Shown here piece after piece: positions 9,759 to 20,233 of a DNA stretch of 64,000 nucleotides. Position 1 is the first letter of the stretch; every line of letters starts with the position of its first letter. The stretch spans positions 352,001-416,000 of the forward strand of contig OZ219790.1 of assembly GCA_964291215.2 (NCBI GenBank), in the 5' to 3' direction. The notes beneath the pieces are model-generated. The model saw only the letters and a list, made by a program, of their open reading frames with translations, did no database searches and had not been told where the DNA came from. The DNA comes from Alphaproteobacteria bacterium. GTDB taxonomy: Bacteria > Pseudomonadota > Alphaproteobacteria > MPNO01 > UBA830. Both the position numbers and the translations under genes were made by a program.

Positions 9759-11069
9759 GGGTGCGGCTCGTTCCTTGCTCTTCGTCGCGCACCGCGAAGA
9801 GATCCTCCGTCAGAGTTAGCAAGTCTTTCAGTTCGTACTGCGCGAGCCGGGGTTCGGTGAGCGGCTGATCGGCGGCAAGCGTCCACGCGCGGGTTACCAC
9901 GTCTTTGCCTCGGTGCAGTCTCTTGCCAACCGCATCGACGAAATCGATCGGGAAGATTTCGACGTGGTCATCGTGGACGAGTTTCATCATGCTGCCGCCA
10001 CGAGCTACGAGCGCCTGCTGTCACGTCTGAAACCGAAAGTGCTCCTCGGACTCACGACTACGCCCGAGCGCGCTGACGACCAGTCAGTGCTGCAGTGGTT
10101 CGACGGCCGCATAGCTTCGGAGTCCCGGCTCTGGGATGCCCTCGACCATGGGCTGCTCTGCCCGTTTCACTATTTCGGGGTGAACGACGGAACGGATTTC
10201 TCAGCGGTTCGCTTCGAGCGCGAACGATATGTGCCTGGGGAGCTCGATAACGTGTTCACCGGGAATCACGTACGAACTGTTCGGATCCGCCATGCTGTCG
10301 AGGAATTTGTGACGGACCCGCACCAGATGCGGGCGTTGGGATTTTGCGCTGGTATCGGCCACGCCACTTCATGGCGAGTCAGTTCTCAGGTTTCGGCTAC
10401 CCGGCAATGGCGCTTGATGCCAGCACCCCCTGGGACGATCGTCGAGCGGCGCTCGCGAGACTGCGGCGCGGAGAACTTCGAGCCGTCTTCGCGGTCGATC
10501 TCTTCAACGACGGTGTCGACCTTCCCGAAGTCGACACCGTACTCATGCTGCGGCCGACCGAAAGCGCCACGGTGTTTCTCCAGCAGCTCGGAAGAGGGCT
10601 GCGGTGAGCCGAGGGAAAGCGGGTCCTCACTGTCCTCGACTTCGTGGGCCAGGTTCGGCGTACCGCTACGATGTGCGCTATCGAGCCCTGCTGGGGCACC
10701 CGCCATCAAGTCAGGCGCGCCATCGAGGCGGACTTTCCACTGCTCCCACCGGGATGTGCGCTCAAACTGGACCGCATCGCCAAGAAGAGGGTGCTGCGCA
10801 ACCTGAAAGAGGCGGTGCAAAATGCCCGCGCACGCCTCGCCGATGACCTGCACGTTCTCAGACCTGAAACACGGCTCCGTGGCTTCATGGTGGACGCCGG
10901 TGTCGAACTCGAAGAAATCTACGCACGACCCGGTTCGGTACACTGCTTTACCGAGCTCCGCAGGTGTTTCCCACGCTGCATTCAATTTTGCTGTCTTCTG
11001 CTGTCCGGAGGTTTCACAGCCTGCCGGGTTTTCTGGCTTCGGGGCCGTCCGCGGTCGTCGCCGGCGGCG

Positions 11070-11387
11070 TTATCGGCGCGTGGGCGGGTTGTGGGCGGCG
11101 TCCGGCCGATTCCCGGACGCCGCCAGCATGGCGCGGGCCCGTTGACGCGCCTGCACCACGGTCACGGCGTCGTCAAAGGTCTTCCAGATTCTTCGGCCCT
11201 CGTGCTGGGAGTGAATGAAGTAGCGCCTGGTGCGAGAGGGCGTGATGCGGATTCCGAGGCCCTTCAGTTCGCTATCGCGCACATCCAGGATGACCTTCTC
11301 CGGCTTGAGCGTATCGACCCGGCTCTGGGTGAGGTGCAGTTTCGCGCCACCGTCCGTCCAGGTCGGTGGCGCGTCTTCGTCCGTCAA
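11070..11387 (-). pseudogene. Tyrosine-integrase arm-type DNA-binding domain fragment (DUF4102-like), no catalytic domain
   Basis: LTQSRVDTLKP..VRDSELKGLGIRITPSRTRRYF..GRRIWKTF..VVQARQRARAMLA. Confidence 0.75.
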
Positions 11388-13057
11388 CCCTTCTTCGGGT
11401 CGAGCCCGTAGATCTCGCTGGCCGCCGACGCGGTGACGTATCCCTCCGCGACATCCCGCGCCAGGCGTTCGGGGTCGCGTTTCCCGGGATCTCCAAAACC
11501 GCCGCCACCGGCGGTCTCAAGGTAGAAGACCTGCCCGGCTTCCAGTTCGAATTTCCCCGCCGACGGCGTTTCGAGCTCGTCCTCCCGTCCGGCGCGGATC
11601 ACGAACCTGCTGCCGCCACCGTCCTGTCCGCCGTGGCTGCCGGGCGGCGGAAACTTCCAGCGGTCGTAGCGGCGCACTACCGAGCAGTCTTGCAGTACCT
11701 CGTAGCGCCGCCGGAAGGAGACGCCGCCGCGGAACTCGCCGGCGCCGCCGGAATCCGCAACCATGTCGAACTCGGTGATGCGGCACGGATACTCGCTTTC
11801 GAGGATCTCGATCGGCGTCACATGGAGGTTCGAGAGATGGGTGGCCGTCGCGTTGCAGCCGTCATTGCCGTTGCCGCCGCCATAGGCCGAGCCGAGAATC
11901 TCGTATTGCAGCGTGTTGTGGCCGGGCTTGCCGCCCTTGTACCAGTTGATGGACAGCGACCCCGACGAGCCGGAACCGGCGATCGCACGTATCGGATTGA
12001 AGGTTGCGAGGGCTTCGAGGATGACATCGGTGAGCCGGAGATTCGCCTTCTGGTACGACGACACCGGTGCCGGGCTCTCGGCATTGGTGATGGTGCGCGG
12101 CGCGTACACGAACTCCACGACGTCGCGCATGCCGTCGTTGAACTGCATCGTCGGTCCGAGGCAGCCGATCAGCGAGTAGAAGACGCATGCCTCGACCATC
12201 GACGGGCGCAGGTTGACCGGCCCCCGAGCCTGGACCTGCGACTTCGAGAAGTCGAAGCTGATGCTGCGGCCCTTCTTGCGCACGGTCACCGCGAAATACA
12301 CCCCGCGGTCGAGATCGACGCCGTCATCGTCCATGTAGCCGTCGGCGGATGCCTCCCCATCGGGCAGCGCGGCGATCGCTCCGCGCATTTGCTCGGCTGC
12401 CGATTGGAGAATGGCGGCGAACGCACCCGTCACCGTCGCGACCCCGAAGCGCGCGCAATGGTCCTGCATGCGCCGGACTCCCATCAGGGTTGCTGCGATC
12501 TGTGCGCGCATGTCGCCGCGAACCAGTTCGGGCTGACGGCTGTTGGTCAGGATGAGGCGTTCGAGATCGTCGTCATAGTCGTGGCTGGCGGCGATCTTGA
12601 CCGGCGGAAGCACGAGACCCTCGTGGTAGATCTCGGTCGCGCTGGCCGAGGTCGAGCCCGGAATCATGCCACCGATATCGGCCTTGTGAGCGCAAGAGCC
12701 CGAGAATCCGACGAGCTTGCCGCCGGAGAAGATCGGTGAGACGAACGCCATGTCGGAGACATGTGGAACCCCGGCCTCGTAAGGGTGGTTTGACACCACG
12801 ACATCTCCGTCAGCCAGCCCGTCGATGCCGTAGAGCGCGACAGTGCGGTCGACGAAGTGTTTGTAGAATGAAGAATGGAAAAACATTGGCGGCGGCACGA
12901 TCAGCCGGCCTTCGCGGTCGAGAATTACGCACGAGAAGTCGCGGCTTTCGCGAATGATCGTCGAATAGCCCGACCGGTAGAAATGGTAGTGCATTTCGTC
13001 GACGAGGCTTGCGACCTTGTTTCTGATGATCTGGATTGTGATCGGGTCGACGGCCAT
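11384..13057 (-). CDS. Hydantoinase B/oxoprolinase family protein
   Basis: DPITIQIIRNK, YSTIIRESRDFSC, SNHPYEAGVPHVSD, AHKADIGG..PGS and ETAGGGGFGDP motifs. Confidence 0.95.
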   Translation of the reverse strand: MAVDPITIQIIRNKVASLVDEMHYHFYRSGYSTIIRESRDFSCVILDREGRLIVPPPMFFHSSFYKHFVDRTVALYGIDGLADGDVVVSNHPYEAGVPHVSDMAFVSPIFSGGKLVGFSGSCAHKADIGGMIPGSTSASATEIYHEGLVLPPVKIAASHDYDDDLERLILTNSRQPELVRGDMRAQIAATLMGVRRMQDHCARFGVATVTGAFAAILQSAAEQMRGAIAALPDGEASADGYMDDDGVDLDRGVYFAVTVRKKGRSISFDFSKSQVQARGPVNLRPSMVEACVFYSLIGCLGPTMQFNDGMRDVVEFVYAPRTITNAESPAPVSSYQKANLRLTDVILEALATFNPIRAIAGSGSSGSLSINWYKGGKPGHNTLQYEILGSAYGGGNGNDGCNATATHLSNLHVTPIEILESEYPCRITEFDMVADSGGAGEFRGGVSFRRRYEVLQDCSVVRRYDRWKFPPPGSHGGQDGGGSRFVIRAGREDELETPSAGKFELEAGQVFYLETAGGGGFGDPGKRDPERLARDVAEGYVTASAASEIYGLDPKKG

Positions 13058-13058
13058 G

Positions 13059-15146
13059 TCACGAATCCCGGATGAGGACGAGGTTGCGGTGGATGTCGAC
13101 CTCGGCCCGCCAGTCGGCGGTTACCACCGTCGTGGCGTCGAGCTGTTCGATGATCGCGGGACCGGCGACAACGGCGCCCGGCGGCAGTTTGCGGCGCGCC
13201 CAGACCGCGGTTCGCACCGGGGCGTCGGAATTGAACCACACGTCGCGCTCGCCCTTGCGCGCACTCTCGGGCGCGGGTGAAGCGACAAACGCGGCCGCTG
13301 GTACCGGTTCGTATTTGGGAACGGGCACGCGCACCCGGACGCGAAAGCTCACGATTTCGACCGGCTTTTCGGTGGCGGCATGGCCGTGGATGCGGGCGTG
13401 GATGCCATCGAAACGCTCCCGCGCCGCCGCCAGCGCATCGCTGTCGAGCTCCGTGTCGCTGCCAAGGCCGGCGAGGGGAACCCGCAATTCGTAGCCTTGG
13501 CCGGTGTAGCGCATGTCGAGTTCGCGGTTGAAGAGTCCCGCACCGGGATCGAGCCCTTCATTCGCGAGTTCACGTCGTCCGCGCTCCTCGAGGTCCGCGA
13601 AGACGCCTTCCGCGTGAGCAGCTGGCATCTGTTCAAGCGGGCGCAGTTCCGAGCGGATATAGTCGTGGATGACGTCGGTGCACAGGAGGCCGAGCGCCGA
13701 GAAGGCGCCGGGGCGTGGTGGCACGCGGATTCGTGTCATGTTGATTTCGTCGGCGACCGCTGCGGCGTGCACGGCGCCAGCACCGCCAAACGGCAGCAGG
13801 GAGAATTCCTGCGGATCGACGCCGCGCTTGGCTCCGAAGATGCGGATTTCGTCGGCCATGCGCATGTCGACGATGCGACGTATGCCGCAGGCCGCTTCGA
13901 TGCCGGACATGCCGAGCGGTCCGCTGATCTTCTCCTCGAGCGCCGCGAGCGCGGCCTTGCGATCCAGAGCCTGCGCACCGCCGAGAAAATAGTCGGGATT
14001 GAGGAAACCGCACGCGATGTCCGCGTCGGTAACCGTCGGTTCGGTGCCGCCCTTGCCGTAGCAGACCGGCCCCGGTTCGGCGCCGGCGGAGCGCGGGCCC
14101 ACAGCCAGGAGCCCGCCGCCGTCGATCCAGGCGATCGAACCTCCGCCGGCCGAAATCGTCGTCAGGTCGAGTGCGGGAACGTCGAGACGCCGACGCGCGA
14201 CCTCGCTCTCGGTCACTTCGAGTGGAACGCCGCACTCGATGAACGCGATGTCGCAGGATGTGCCGCCCATGTCGAGCGTGACCAGGCCGTGACTATGGTC
14301 TGATGCAAGATAGGCAGCCGCCTGCGCGCCCGCGGCCGGTCCCGAGAACAGGGTATGAACGGTCTTGGCTCCCGCGACCGCGGCCGAGAACGACATGACG
14401 CCGCCGTTTGACTGCATCAGGAAGCGTTGGGGCGTGGTTACACCGCTCCCGTCGAGACCGTCCGAGAGGTCTCCGATATAGCCGATCAGGGTCGGTTCCA
14501 GATAGGCGTTCAAAAGAGTGGTGGACATGCGGGGCCATTCGCGGATGCGCGGCAGCACGTCCGACGACAGCGACACATGGCCCTCGGGCCACTCCTCGGC
14601 AATGATCTCCCGGGAGCGTTGCTCGTGCGATGGGTTCATGTAGGAGAACAGGTAGACGATGGCGATCGAATCGACGCCCCTCTCCCGGAGAGCGCGTGCC
14701 GCCAGATGCACCACCTGCTCGTCGAGCGGCTCGAGCTCGTTGCCTTCGTAGTCGATTCGTCCGCCGATTTCGTGGGTGAGGCTTTGTGGCGCGAGATGCG
14801 GTGGCCGCTGAAAGAAATAGTCGAACGGATTGCCGTCGCGCGCCTGTTGCTGAATCTCCTGGATGGCACGGTATCCCCTGGTAATGAGCATGCCGACCCG
14901 CGCGCCTTTCATCTCAAGAAGGGCGTTGGTGGTGGTAGTGGTGCCGTGGGCGAAAAACTCGATCACTCCGGGGTCTCTGCCCTTGGCGGCGAAGCGGTCG
15001 ATTCCCGCAAGTACTCCGAGCGCCGGATTGGCTGGAGTGGACGACACTTTCTCGATCTCGATCGAACCGTCGGTCACATCGAGAAGAATCAGGTCAGTGT
15101 GGGTGCCACCGACATCGACGCCGAGGCGGTACCGCGCGCCGCTCAT
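13059..15146 (-). CDS. Hydantoinase A/oxoprolinase family protein (ATP-binding subunit)
   Basis: GVDVGGTHTD, HGTTTTTNALLE, SGPAAG, DMGGTSCD, SAGAEPGPVCYGKGG and FGGAG motifs. Confidence 0.95.
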   Translation of the reverse strand: MSGARYRLGVDVGGTHTDLILLDVTDGSIEIEKVSSTPANPALGVLAGIDRFAAKGRDPGVIEFFAHGTTTTTNALLEMKGARVGMLITRGYRAIQEIQQQARDGNPFDYFFQRPPHLAPQSLTHEIGGRIDYEGNELEPLDEQVVHLAARALRERGVDSIAIVYLFSYMNPSHEQRSREIIAEEWPEGHVSLSSDVLPRIREWPRMSTTLLNAYLEPTLIGYIGDLSDGLDGSGVTTPQRFLMQSNGGVMSFSAAVAGAKTVHTLFSGPAAGAQAAAYLASDHSHGLVTLDMGGTSCDIAFIECGVPLEVTESEVARRRLDVPALDLTTISAGGGSIAWIDGGGLLAVGPRSAGAEPGPVCYGKGGTEPTVTDADIACGFLNPDYFLGGAQALDRKAALAALEEKISGPLGMSGIEAACGIRRIVDMRMADEIRIFGAKRGVDPQEFSLLPFGGAGAVHAAAVADEINMTRIRVPPRPGAFSALGLLCTDVIHDYIRSELRPLEQMPAAHAEGVFADLEERGRRELANEGLDPGAGLFNRELDMRYTGQGYELRVPLAGLGSDTELDSDALAAARERFDGIHARIHGHAATEKPVEIVSFRVRVRVPVPKYEPVPAAAFVASPAPESARKGERDVWFNSDAPVRTAVWARRKLPPGAVVAGPAIIEQLDATTVVTADWRAEVDIHRNLVLIRDS

Positions 15147-15194
15147 GCGTTGTCCGCCGTCATGAAACTCCGCTCCGGATTCAGCCGTGCCGGG

Positions 15195-15977
15195 CTACCT
15201 AGCCTTCGGTGCATCGGCAAACGAGGCAAGCGCCATCGTGCCGCCGTCGACAAACAGGTTGGCGCCAGCGATGAAGGATGCGTCTTCGGAGGCGAGGAAC
15301 AGTACCGCCTTTGCCTGTTCCTCCGGCTCGCCCGGGCGTCCGAGGAGATTGTTCACCTTGCGATTGCGGTCGAAGATCTCGCGGCCGACCGGGGATCCGC
15401 TCATGTTCGGCGAGACCTGGTTAACGATGATGTCGTAGGGCGCGAGCTGGACGGCAAGGGACTGGGTAAGATTGAAGACGCCGCTCTTGGCTGCAGTATA
15501 GGCAAGCGCCGTCGGCCGGCCCTTGAAGCCGGAGGTCGATCCGATGTTGATGACACGGCCGGTGCGCCCGTTGTCGACCATCCACCGGGCGACCTGCTTG
15601 GTCACGTAGAATGGCGAGGACAGGGTGACGTCGATGGTCTTCCGCCATTCGTCCTCGCTGAGTTCGAATATGTCCTTGTTGTCAGAGATCGCGACATTGT
15701 TGACCAGGATGTCGATGCCGCCAAAGGCATCGACGGTGGCGGAGACCATGTCCGCGATATCGTCGGTGCGGGAGACGTCGCAGGTGATGGCGACGGCGCG
15801 GCCGCCGCTCTTCTCGATGGCGGCGGCCACCGATTCGGCGCGTCCGCTGTCCATGTCGACCACTGCCACCATGGCGCCTTCCGAGGCGAAGAGCTTCGCG
15901 ATCTCCTCGCCGATATTGCGTCCCGCACCGGTCACGATCGCAGACTTGCCGCCGAGCCGCCCCCTGCCTTCCGTCAT
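15195..15977 (-). CDS. SDR family oxidoreductase
   Basis: TGAGRNIG, DILVNN and YTAAK motifs; alternative start at 15989. Confidence 0.92.
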   Translation of the reverse strand: MTEGRGRLGGKSAIVTGAGRNIGEEIAKLFASEGAMVAVVDMDSGRAESVAAAIEKSGGRAVAITCDVSRTDDIADMVSATVDAFGGIDILVNNVAISDNKDIFELSEDEWRKTIDVTLSSPFYVTKQVARWMVDNGRTGRVINIGSTSGFKGRPTALAYTAAKSGVFNLTQSLAVQLAPYDIIVNQVSPNMSGSPVGREIFDRNRKVNNLLGRPGEPEEQAKAVLFLASEDASFIAGANLFVDGGTMALASFADAPKAR

Positions 15978-16056
15978 TCGCCACTTCATGTTTTGCGTTG
16001 TCCGAGTTTCCATTATAACACGGGCAATAGACTTGGATTCGAGAGGAAAAGCAAGA

Positions 16057-18363
16057 ATGGGCGAGTCTGATGTCGGTCAGCCGATTCCACGCACGGAGGA
16101 TCCGCGGCTTCTGATGGGAGGCGGGCGTTACGTGGACGATATCTCGCTTCCGCGCCAGGCTCGCGCGCTTGTCGTCAGGTCGCCGCACGCGCATGCCCTG
16201 ATCCTGTCAATTGACACTTCGCAGGCCGAATCGATGCCAGGCGTCCTTGCGGTTCTCACCGGCGAGGACTATGTCGCCGACGGTCTCGGCGACCTCCGGT
16301 GCCTGACTAGGTGGAATGACGGACAGTACCAGAACCCGTGCCCGGCGCTTGCCGTCGGCAGGGTCCGTTTCGTCGGCGATCCGATCGTCGTCATCGTTGC
16401 GGAAACCGTGAATCAGGCCCGCGATGCGGCGGAAGTCATCGACATCGCGTATGACCCGTTGCCGGCCGTGGTGTCGACCGCGGATGCCGCGGGAGAAGAC
16501 GCGCCGCTGATCTGGGACGACTGCCCGGGCAATGCCTGCTTCACTGTCGAGCGCGGTTATCGGGAAGAGGCCGCGGCTGCATTCGAGGTCGCGGATCATG
16601 TCGTCGAACGAACCTTTCGCATCTCGCGAATGATTGCTAACACGCTGGAGCCGCGCGCCTACGTCGGCGTCTACGACGCCACCGACCGGCGCTACACGCT
16701 CCATACGGCGCTCCACTATCCGCACAAGCTGCGTGAACAGCTTGCGAGCGAAATCCTGCATGTCGGCGAGCGCGATGTCCGGGTGATTGCGGGTGACATT
16801 GGTGGAAGCTTCGGACTGCGCGGTGGGACCTATCCCGAGCAGGTACTCGTGCTGTGGGCATCGCGGCGCATAGGACGCCCGGTGAAATGGACCGGCGAAC
16901 GGTCGGAAGGTCATCTTGCCGACTATCAGGGCCGCGACAACGTCTCGACGGCCCGTCTAGCACTTGACGGTGACGGGAATTTCCTAGCTCTCCAGGTGCG
17001 CACCCTTGCGGCGCTTGGCGCCTATACCACTACCGCGGGCAGCGGGCCGCCGGTGAACAATCTCGGCACCTTGGCCGGCACCTACAGGACGCCAGCAATC
17101 CATGCCGAGGTTACTGGCGTCTATACCAACACCACGCCGACTTCTCCATATCGCGGAGCGGGACGGCCCGAAGCCGCCTACATCATCGAAACGCTGGTTG
17201 ACGATGCCGCCCGCGCGCTCGGACGCGATCCGGCGGAACTCCGGCGACAGAATACGATTCCACCCGAGGCGATGCCGTTCAAGACCGGTCTCGTGTTCAC
17301 TTACGATTGCGGCGAGTTCGAGAAGAATCTAGATGACGGGCTCGCGATGATCGATCACGCCGGCTTCGAGTCCCGGCGGCGGGATTCCGAGGCGTGCGGG
17401 CGGCTTCGCGGCCTTGGACTGTCGAATACCATCGAACGGGCCGGCGCGCCGTCGATGGAGGAGGCAACCCTCCGCATCGACAGCAGCGGCGGCGTTACCG
17501 TACTGGCCGGCACCATCAGCCAGGGTCAGGGGCATGAGACTGTTTACAAGCAAATCGTTTCGCAACAACTCGGCGTGGCCATCGATAATATCCGGGTGCG
17601 GGAAGGGGACACAGACCTCCAGGGTATCGGCGGGGGAACCGGGGGCTCGAGATCGGCGACCTGCGGCGGTTCGGCTGTCTACCGCGCAGTCGAGGCGGCT
17701 GTCGCCAAGGGCAAGATCCTTGCGGCGCACCGACTGGAGGCGAGCATCGAGGATATTGAGTTTTCCGATGGTGTGTTCGCCATCGGCGGTACCGACCGTT
17801 CAATCGCGCTCGCCGAAGTCGCGCGGAAATCCTACATCCCGTCGGAACTCCCTGAAGGCGTTAACGCCGGCATCGATGAGCGTGCGACGTTTTCGCCCAA
17901 GGCGGCCAACTATCCAAACGGCTGCCATGTCTGCGAGGTCGAGATAGATCCGGAAACCGGCGAGGTGGAGATCCTCGCCTATGTGATCGTCGACGACGTG
18001 GGCACGGTCTTAAATCCGTCATTGCTCAAGGGCCAGATCCACGGCGGCGTTGCCCAAGGGGTCGGACAGGCGGTGATGGAACGAGCGGTTTACGCTGGCG
18101 ACGGCCAGAACTTGGCAGCATCGTTCATGGATTACGCCATGCCGCGGGCACAGGATTTTTGCATGTTCGAAGTCAAGTCCAATCCGGTTCCGACGCAACA
18201 AAATCCGCTGGGTGTGAAGGGGGCGGGCGAAGCCGGGACGGTCGGCGCGTTGCCCGCGGTGATGAATGCGATTGAGAACGCACTGAACCAGGCTGGGGTA
18301 TCGTCAATCGAAATGCCGGCGACGCCCGAGAAGATATGGCGGACTTTGCGGCAGGCGGCCTAA
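16057..18363 (+). CDS. Xanthine dehydrogenase family molybdopterin-binding subunit (form II CoxL-like)
   Basis: GAGAGG RBS; RTEDPRLLMGGGRYVDD, RSPHAHA, IGGSFG, PYRGAGRPEA, GQGHET, GQIHGGVAQG and GVKGAGE motifs. Confidence 0.95.
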   Translation: MGESDVGQPIPRTEDPRLLMGGGRYVDDISLPRQARALVVRSPHAHALILSIDTSQAESMPGVLAVLTGEDYVADGLGDLRCLTRWNDGQYQNPCPALAVGRVRFVGDPIVVIVAETVNQARDAAEVIDIAYDPLPAVVSTADAAGEDAPLIWDDCPGNACFTVERGYREEAAAAFEVADHVVERTFRISRMIANTLEPRAYVGVYDATDRRYTLHTALHYPHKLREQLASEILHVGERDVRVIAGDIGGSFGLRGGTYPEQVLVLWASRRIGRPVKWTGERSEGHLADYQGRDNVSTARLALDGDGNFLALQVRTLAALGAYTTTAGSGPPVNNLGTLAGTYRTPAIHAEVTGVYTNTTPTSPYRGAGRPEAAYIIETLVDDAARALGRDPAELRRQNTIPPEAMPFKTGLVFTYDCGEFEKNLDDGLAMIDHAGFESRRRDSEACGRLRGLGLSNTIERAGAPSMEEATLRIDSSGGVTVLAGTISQGQGHETVYKQIVSQQLGVAIDNIRVREGDTDLQGIGGGTGGSRSATCGGSAVYRAVEAAVAKGKILAAHRLEASIEDIEFSDGVFAIGGTDRSIALAEVARKSYIPSELPEGVNAGIDERATFSPKAANYPNGCHVCEVEIDPETGEVEILAYVIVDDVGTVLNPSLLKGQIHGGVAQGVGQAVMERAVYAGDGQNLAASFMDYAMPRAQDFCMFEVKSNPVPTQQNPLGVKGAGEAGTVGALPAVMNAIENALNQAGVSSIEMPATPEKIWRTLRQAA

Positions 18364-18945
18364 GGGTCTGTCACCAAATAAACGAATCCATGTTGTTTGC
18401 GTTGGCGTTTTTGTCTGTCTGTTGGCTTCGGTTGGTTGGTGCTGGGGTCTTCGGGGATGATTTGTCGGTCAGTTGGTTGTCGGCTGATTCTCCGGCGCTG
18501 TTGGGACGTTTATCTTCGGTGCATGGAACAGGCAGAGAGCATAAGGCACCGGTTTGCAGTCCTTTCTCCTCATCTTGACGAAAGGGGTCGCCGGTTGCTC
18601 GCGGCGGTTGAGGCGCAATGTCTTGGGCGCGGCGGAATAACGCAGGTCTCGGATCTCACCGGAGTTGCGCGTTCGACGATTGGACGGGGTCTGAAGGAGA
18701 TTGACGGAGCCATGTCGCCGCCGGCACCGGACCGGGTCCGGCGCGCGGGCGCAAGCCGGCGACGGAGCGTCAGCCGGGTTTGCTGGCGGCGCTGGTTGCG
18801 CCGGCGACACGGGGCGACCCGGTCCGGTCTCTGCTGTGGGTTTCGAAGAGCGCCCGGCATCTTGCGAAGTATCTTGAGGAGCAGGGTTATTCGGCGTCGC
18901 TTATCGGGCGGCTTCTGGACGAGCTTGGCTATACGCTACAGGCCA
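18364..18945 (+). mobile_element. ISAzo13-family element, 5' remnant
   Basis: From ATG 18523: MEQAESIRHRFAVLSPHLDERGRRLLAA..GRGGI..TGVARSTIGRGLKEI; TRGDPVRSLLWVSKS..LGYTLQA. Frameshifted and cut by the ISKra4 derivative. Confidence 0.85.
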
Positions 18946-19372
18946 GGGTGCAGTTCTCGTATGGCAAATCCAAGTCATTGATTTAAAACGGTTGTGCGGT
19001 CGCGAGACAGCGGCGAAAACGGGTTTTCGTGACAATCGCCCGTTTCAGGACAGGATTTTGTCACGACCCCCGCGGCATCGACAGGGTGATCCGGGCGCTG
19101 CGCCACCTTCGCGGCGCCAACGGGCCGACATCGACAGGGAATTGTCCTTCTTTCGCAAGCATCGCCACCGAATGCGCTACCACGCGCTGAAGCAACCGGC
19201 TCGGGAATTGTCGAGGCGGCAAACAAGACCCTCATCACACAGCGCATGAAACGCTCCGGCATGCGCTGACGCATCGTCGGCGGACAATCACCTTCCGCGC
19301 CCTGCTCGAATCCGACCGCTTCGAGAGCGCGTAGACGGCCATGATCAGTGCAGACGACGCACCAGCCAACAA
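18946..19372 (+). mobile_element. ISKra4-derived MITE-like element, copy 2 (right end lost)
   Basis: Near-identical to 7935-8360, including the same internal deletion junction. Confidence 0.88.
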
Positions 19373-19400
19373 CAATTTCCAGACATCAAGTTACAGTACC
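19373..19400 (-). mobile_element. Solo left end (IRL) of IS256-family element
   Basis: CAATTTCCAGACATCAAGTTACAGTACC matches the end at 22920-22947. Confidence 0.8.
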
Positions 19401-19579
19401 CCCGTCGACGGCAATCACGGCTTGCGGCGCGGCCGCGGCCGGCGATCGCGCACCGTTCAGACGGGGCGAGACCGGTCTTGTAGCTGTCAGATGACCGCAC
19501 GAAGCCCCGGGGCTCCCTTTGACGTTGGACTCCAGTTGTCCTAATGATGCGCTTCGAACGGGAATTCGCGGGAGGCAGC

Positions 19580-20182
19580 ATGGCCGAAACACCGGACAAT
19601 GTCGGCGGCGTCATCGTCGAGGAGAAGAGCCCGGGCGTCGGGCACAACCAGCCCAAGGAAGTGGTCTGGGAACGCTGGCAGAGAAAACGCACTTTCGTCC
19701 GTGCACTCGAGGGCACCTACGGGGAACTCCAGCAGGGCCTCATGGACCAGCCCCGGATCTACAAGTCCACCGACTGGCAGTGGAAGGGCGGACCGCAGTT
19801 CTTCGACAAGCCGATCGTCAACCCGCAGCGCACCGACATCGCGCAGTCCATCGAAACCCATCTCTCGGTCATCGCGCCCGGCGGCACCGGCCAGCGCCAC
19901 GGCCACATGAATTCGGCTCTGTTTTACGTGATCTCCGGAAAGGGCTACGACATCCACGACGGCAAGCGATACGACTACGAAGCCGGCGACATCATCATCG
20001 TGGAGAATGGCTGCGTACATCAGCACTTCAACGCCTCGGACACCGAGGATCTCGTGTGTCTGGTGATGAAGGCCAAGCCGCTGTTCCTGTTCATGCACAT
20101 GCTGTTCCAGAAGGTGGCGAAGTATCCGCCCAAGGAACCCGTTCCGGGATGGGAGCACTGGGAGCCGCCGACGGATCTCTGA
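19580..20182 (+). CDS. Cupin domain protein (gentisate-dioxygenase-like half, metal ligands intact)
   Basis: GGAGG RBS before MAETP; QRHGHMNSALFYVISGKGY..DYEAGD..VHQHFN. Confidence 0.9.
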   Translation: MAETPDNVGGVIVEEKSPGVGHNQPKEVVWERWQRKRTFVRALEGTYGELQQGLMDQPRIYKSTDWQWKGGPQFFDKPIVNPQRTDIAQSIETHLSVIAPGGTGQRHGHMNSALFYVISGKGYDIHDGKRYDYEAGDIIIVENGCVHQHFNASDTEDLVCLVMKAKPLFLFMHMLFQKVAKYPPKEPVPGWEHWEPPTDL

Positions 20183-20233
20183 CCAACAGCCCACCCTATC
20201 CCCGATCCCGACAGAGCGACGAAAGAAGCACCC

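Larger units (their letters stand above)
7062..10963 (+). pseudogene. PLD-nuclease/SF2-helicase (DUF3427/SauUSI-like type IV restriction enzyme), interrupted by two elements plus stops and frameshifts, C-terminus missing
   Basis: PLD motif RLHAKAWLF..SSNL..GLEWN; degenerate Walker A VVAATGKT; LLFVAHREEILRQ; DEFHH; LGLTTTPER; VDLFNDGVDLPEVDTVLMLRPTES..FLQQLGRGLR. Segments 7062-7934, 8444-8649 and 9759-10963. Confidence 0.88.

Noticed and set aside
15625-16056. N-terminal extensions in the ORF track (CoxL-like 912 aa, UbiD 653 aa, CinA-like 465 aa, DUF1330 185 aa)
   Set aside because: They overlap other genes or lack family signal; internal starts have good SD sequences.
16057-18363. True aerobic CO dehydrogenase (form I CoxL)
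   Set aside because: The active-site loop is PYRGAGR, not AYxCSFR, and no cox accessory genes are present.
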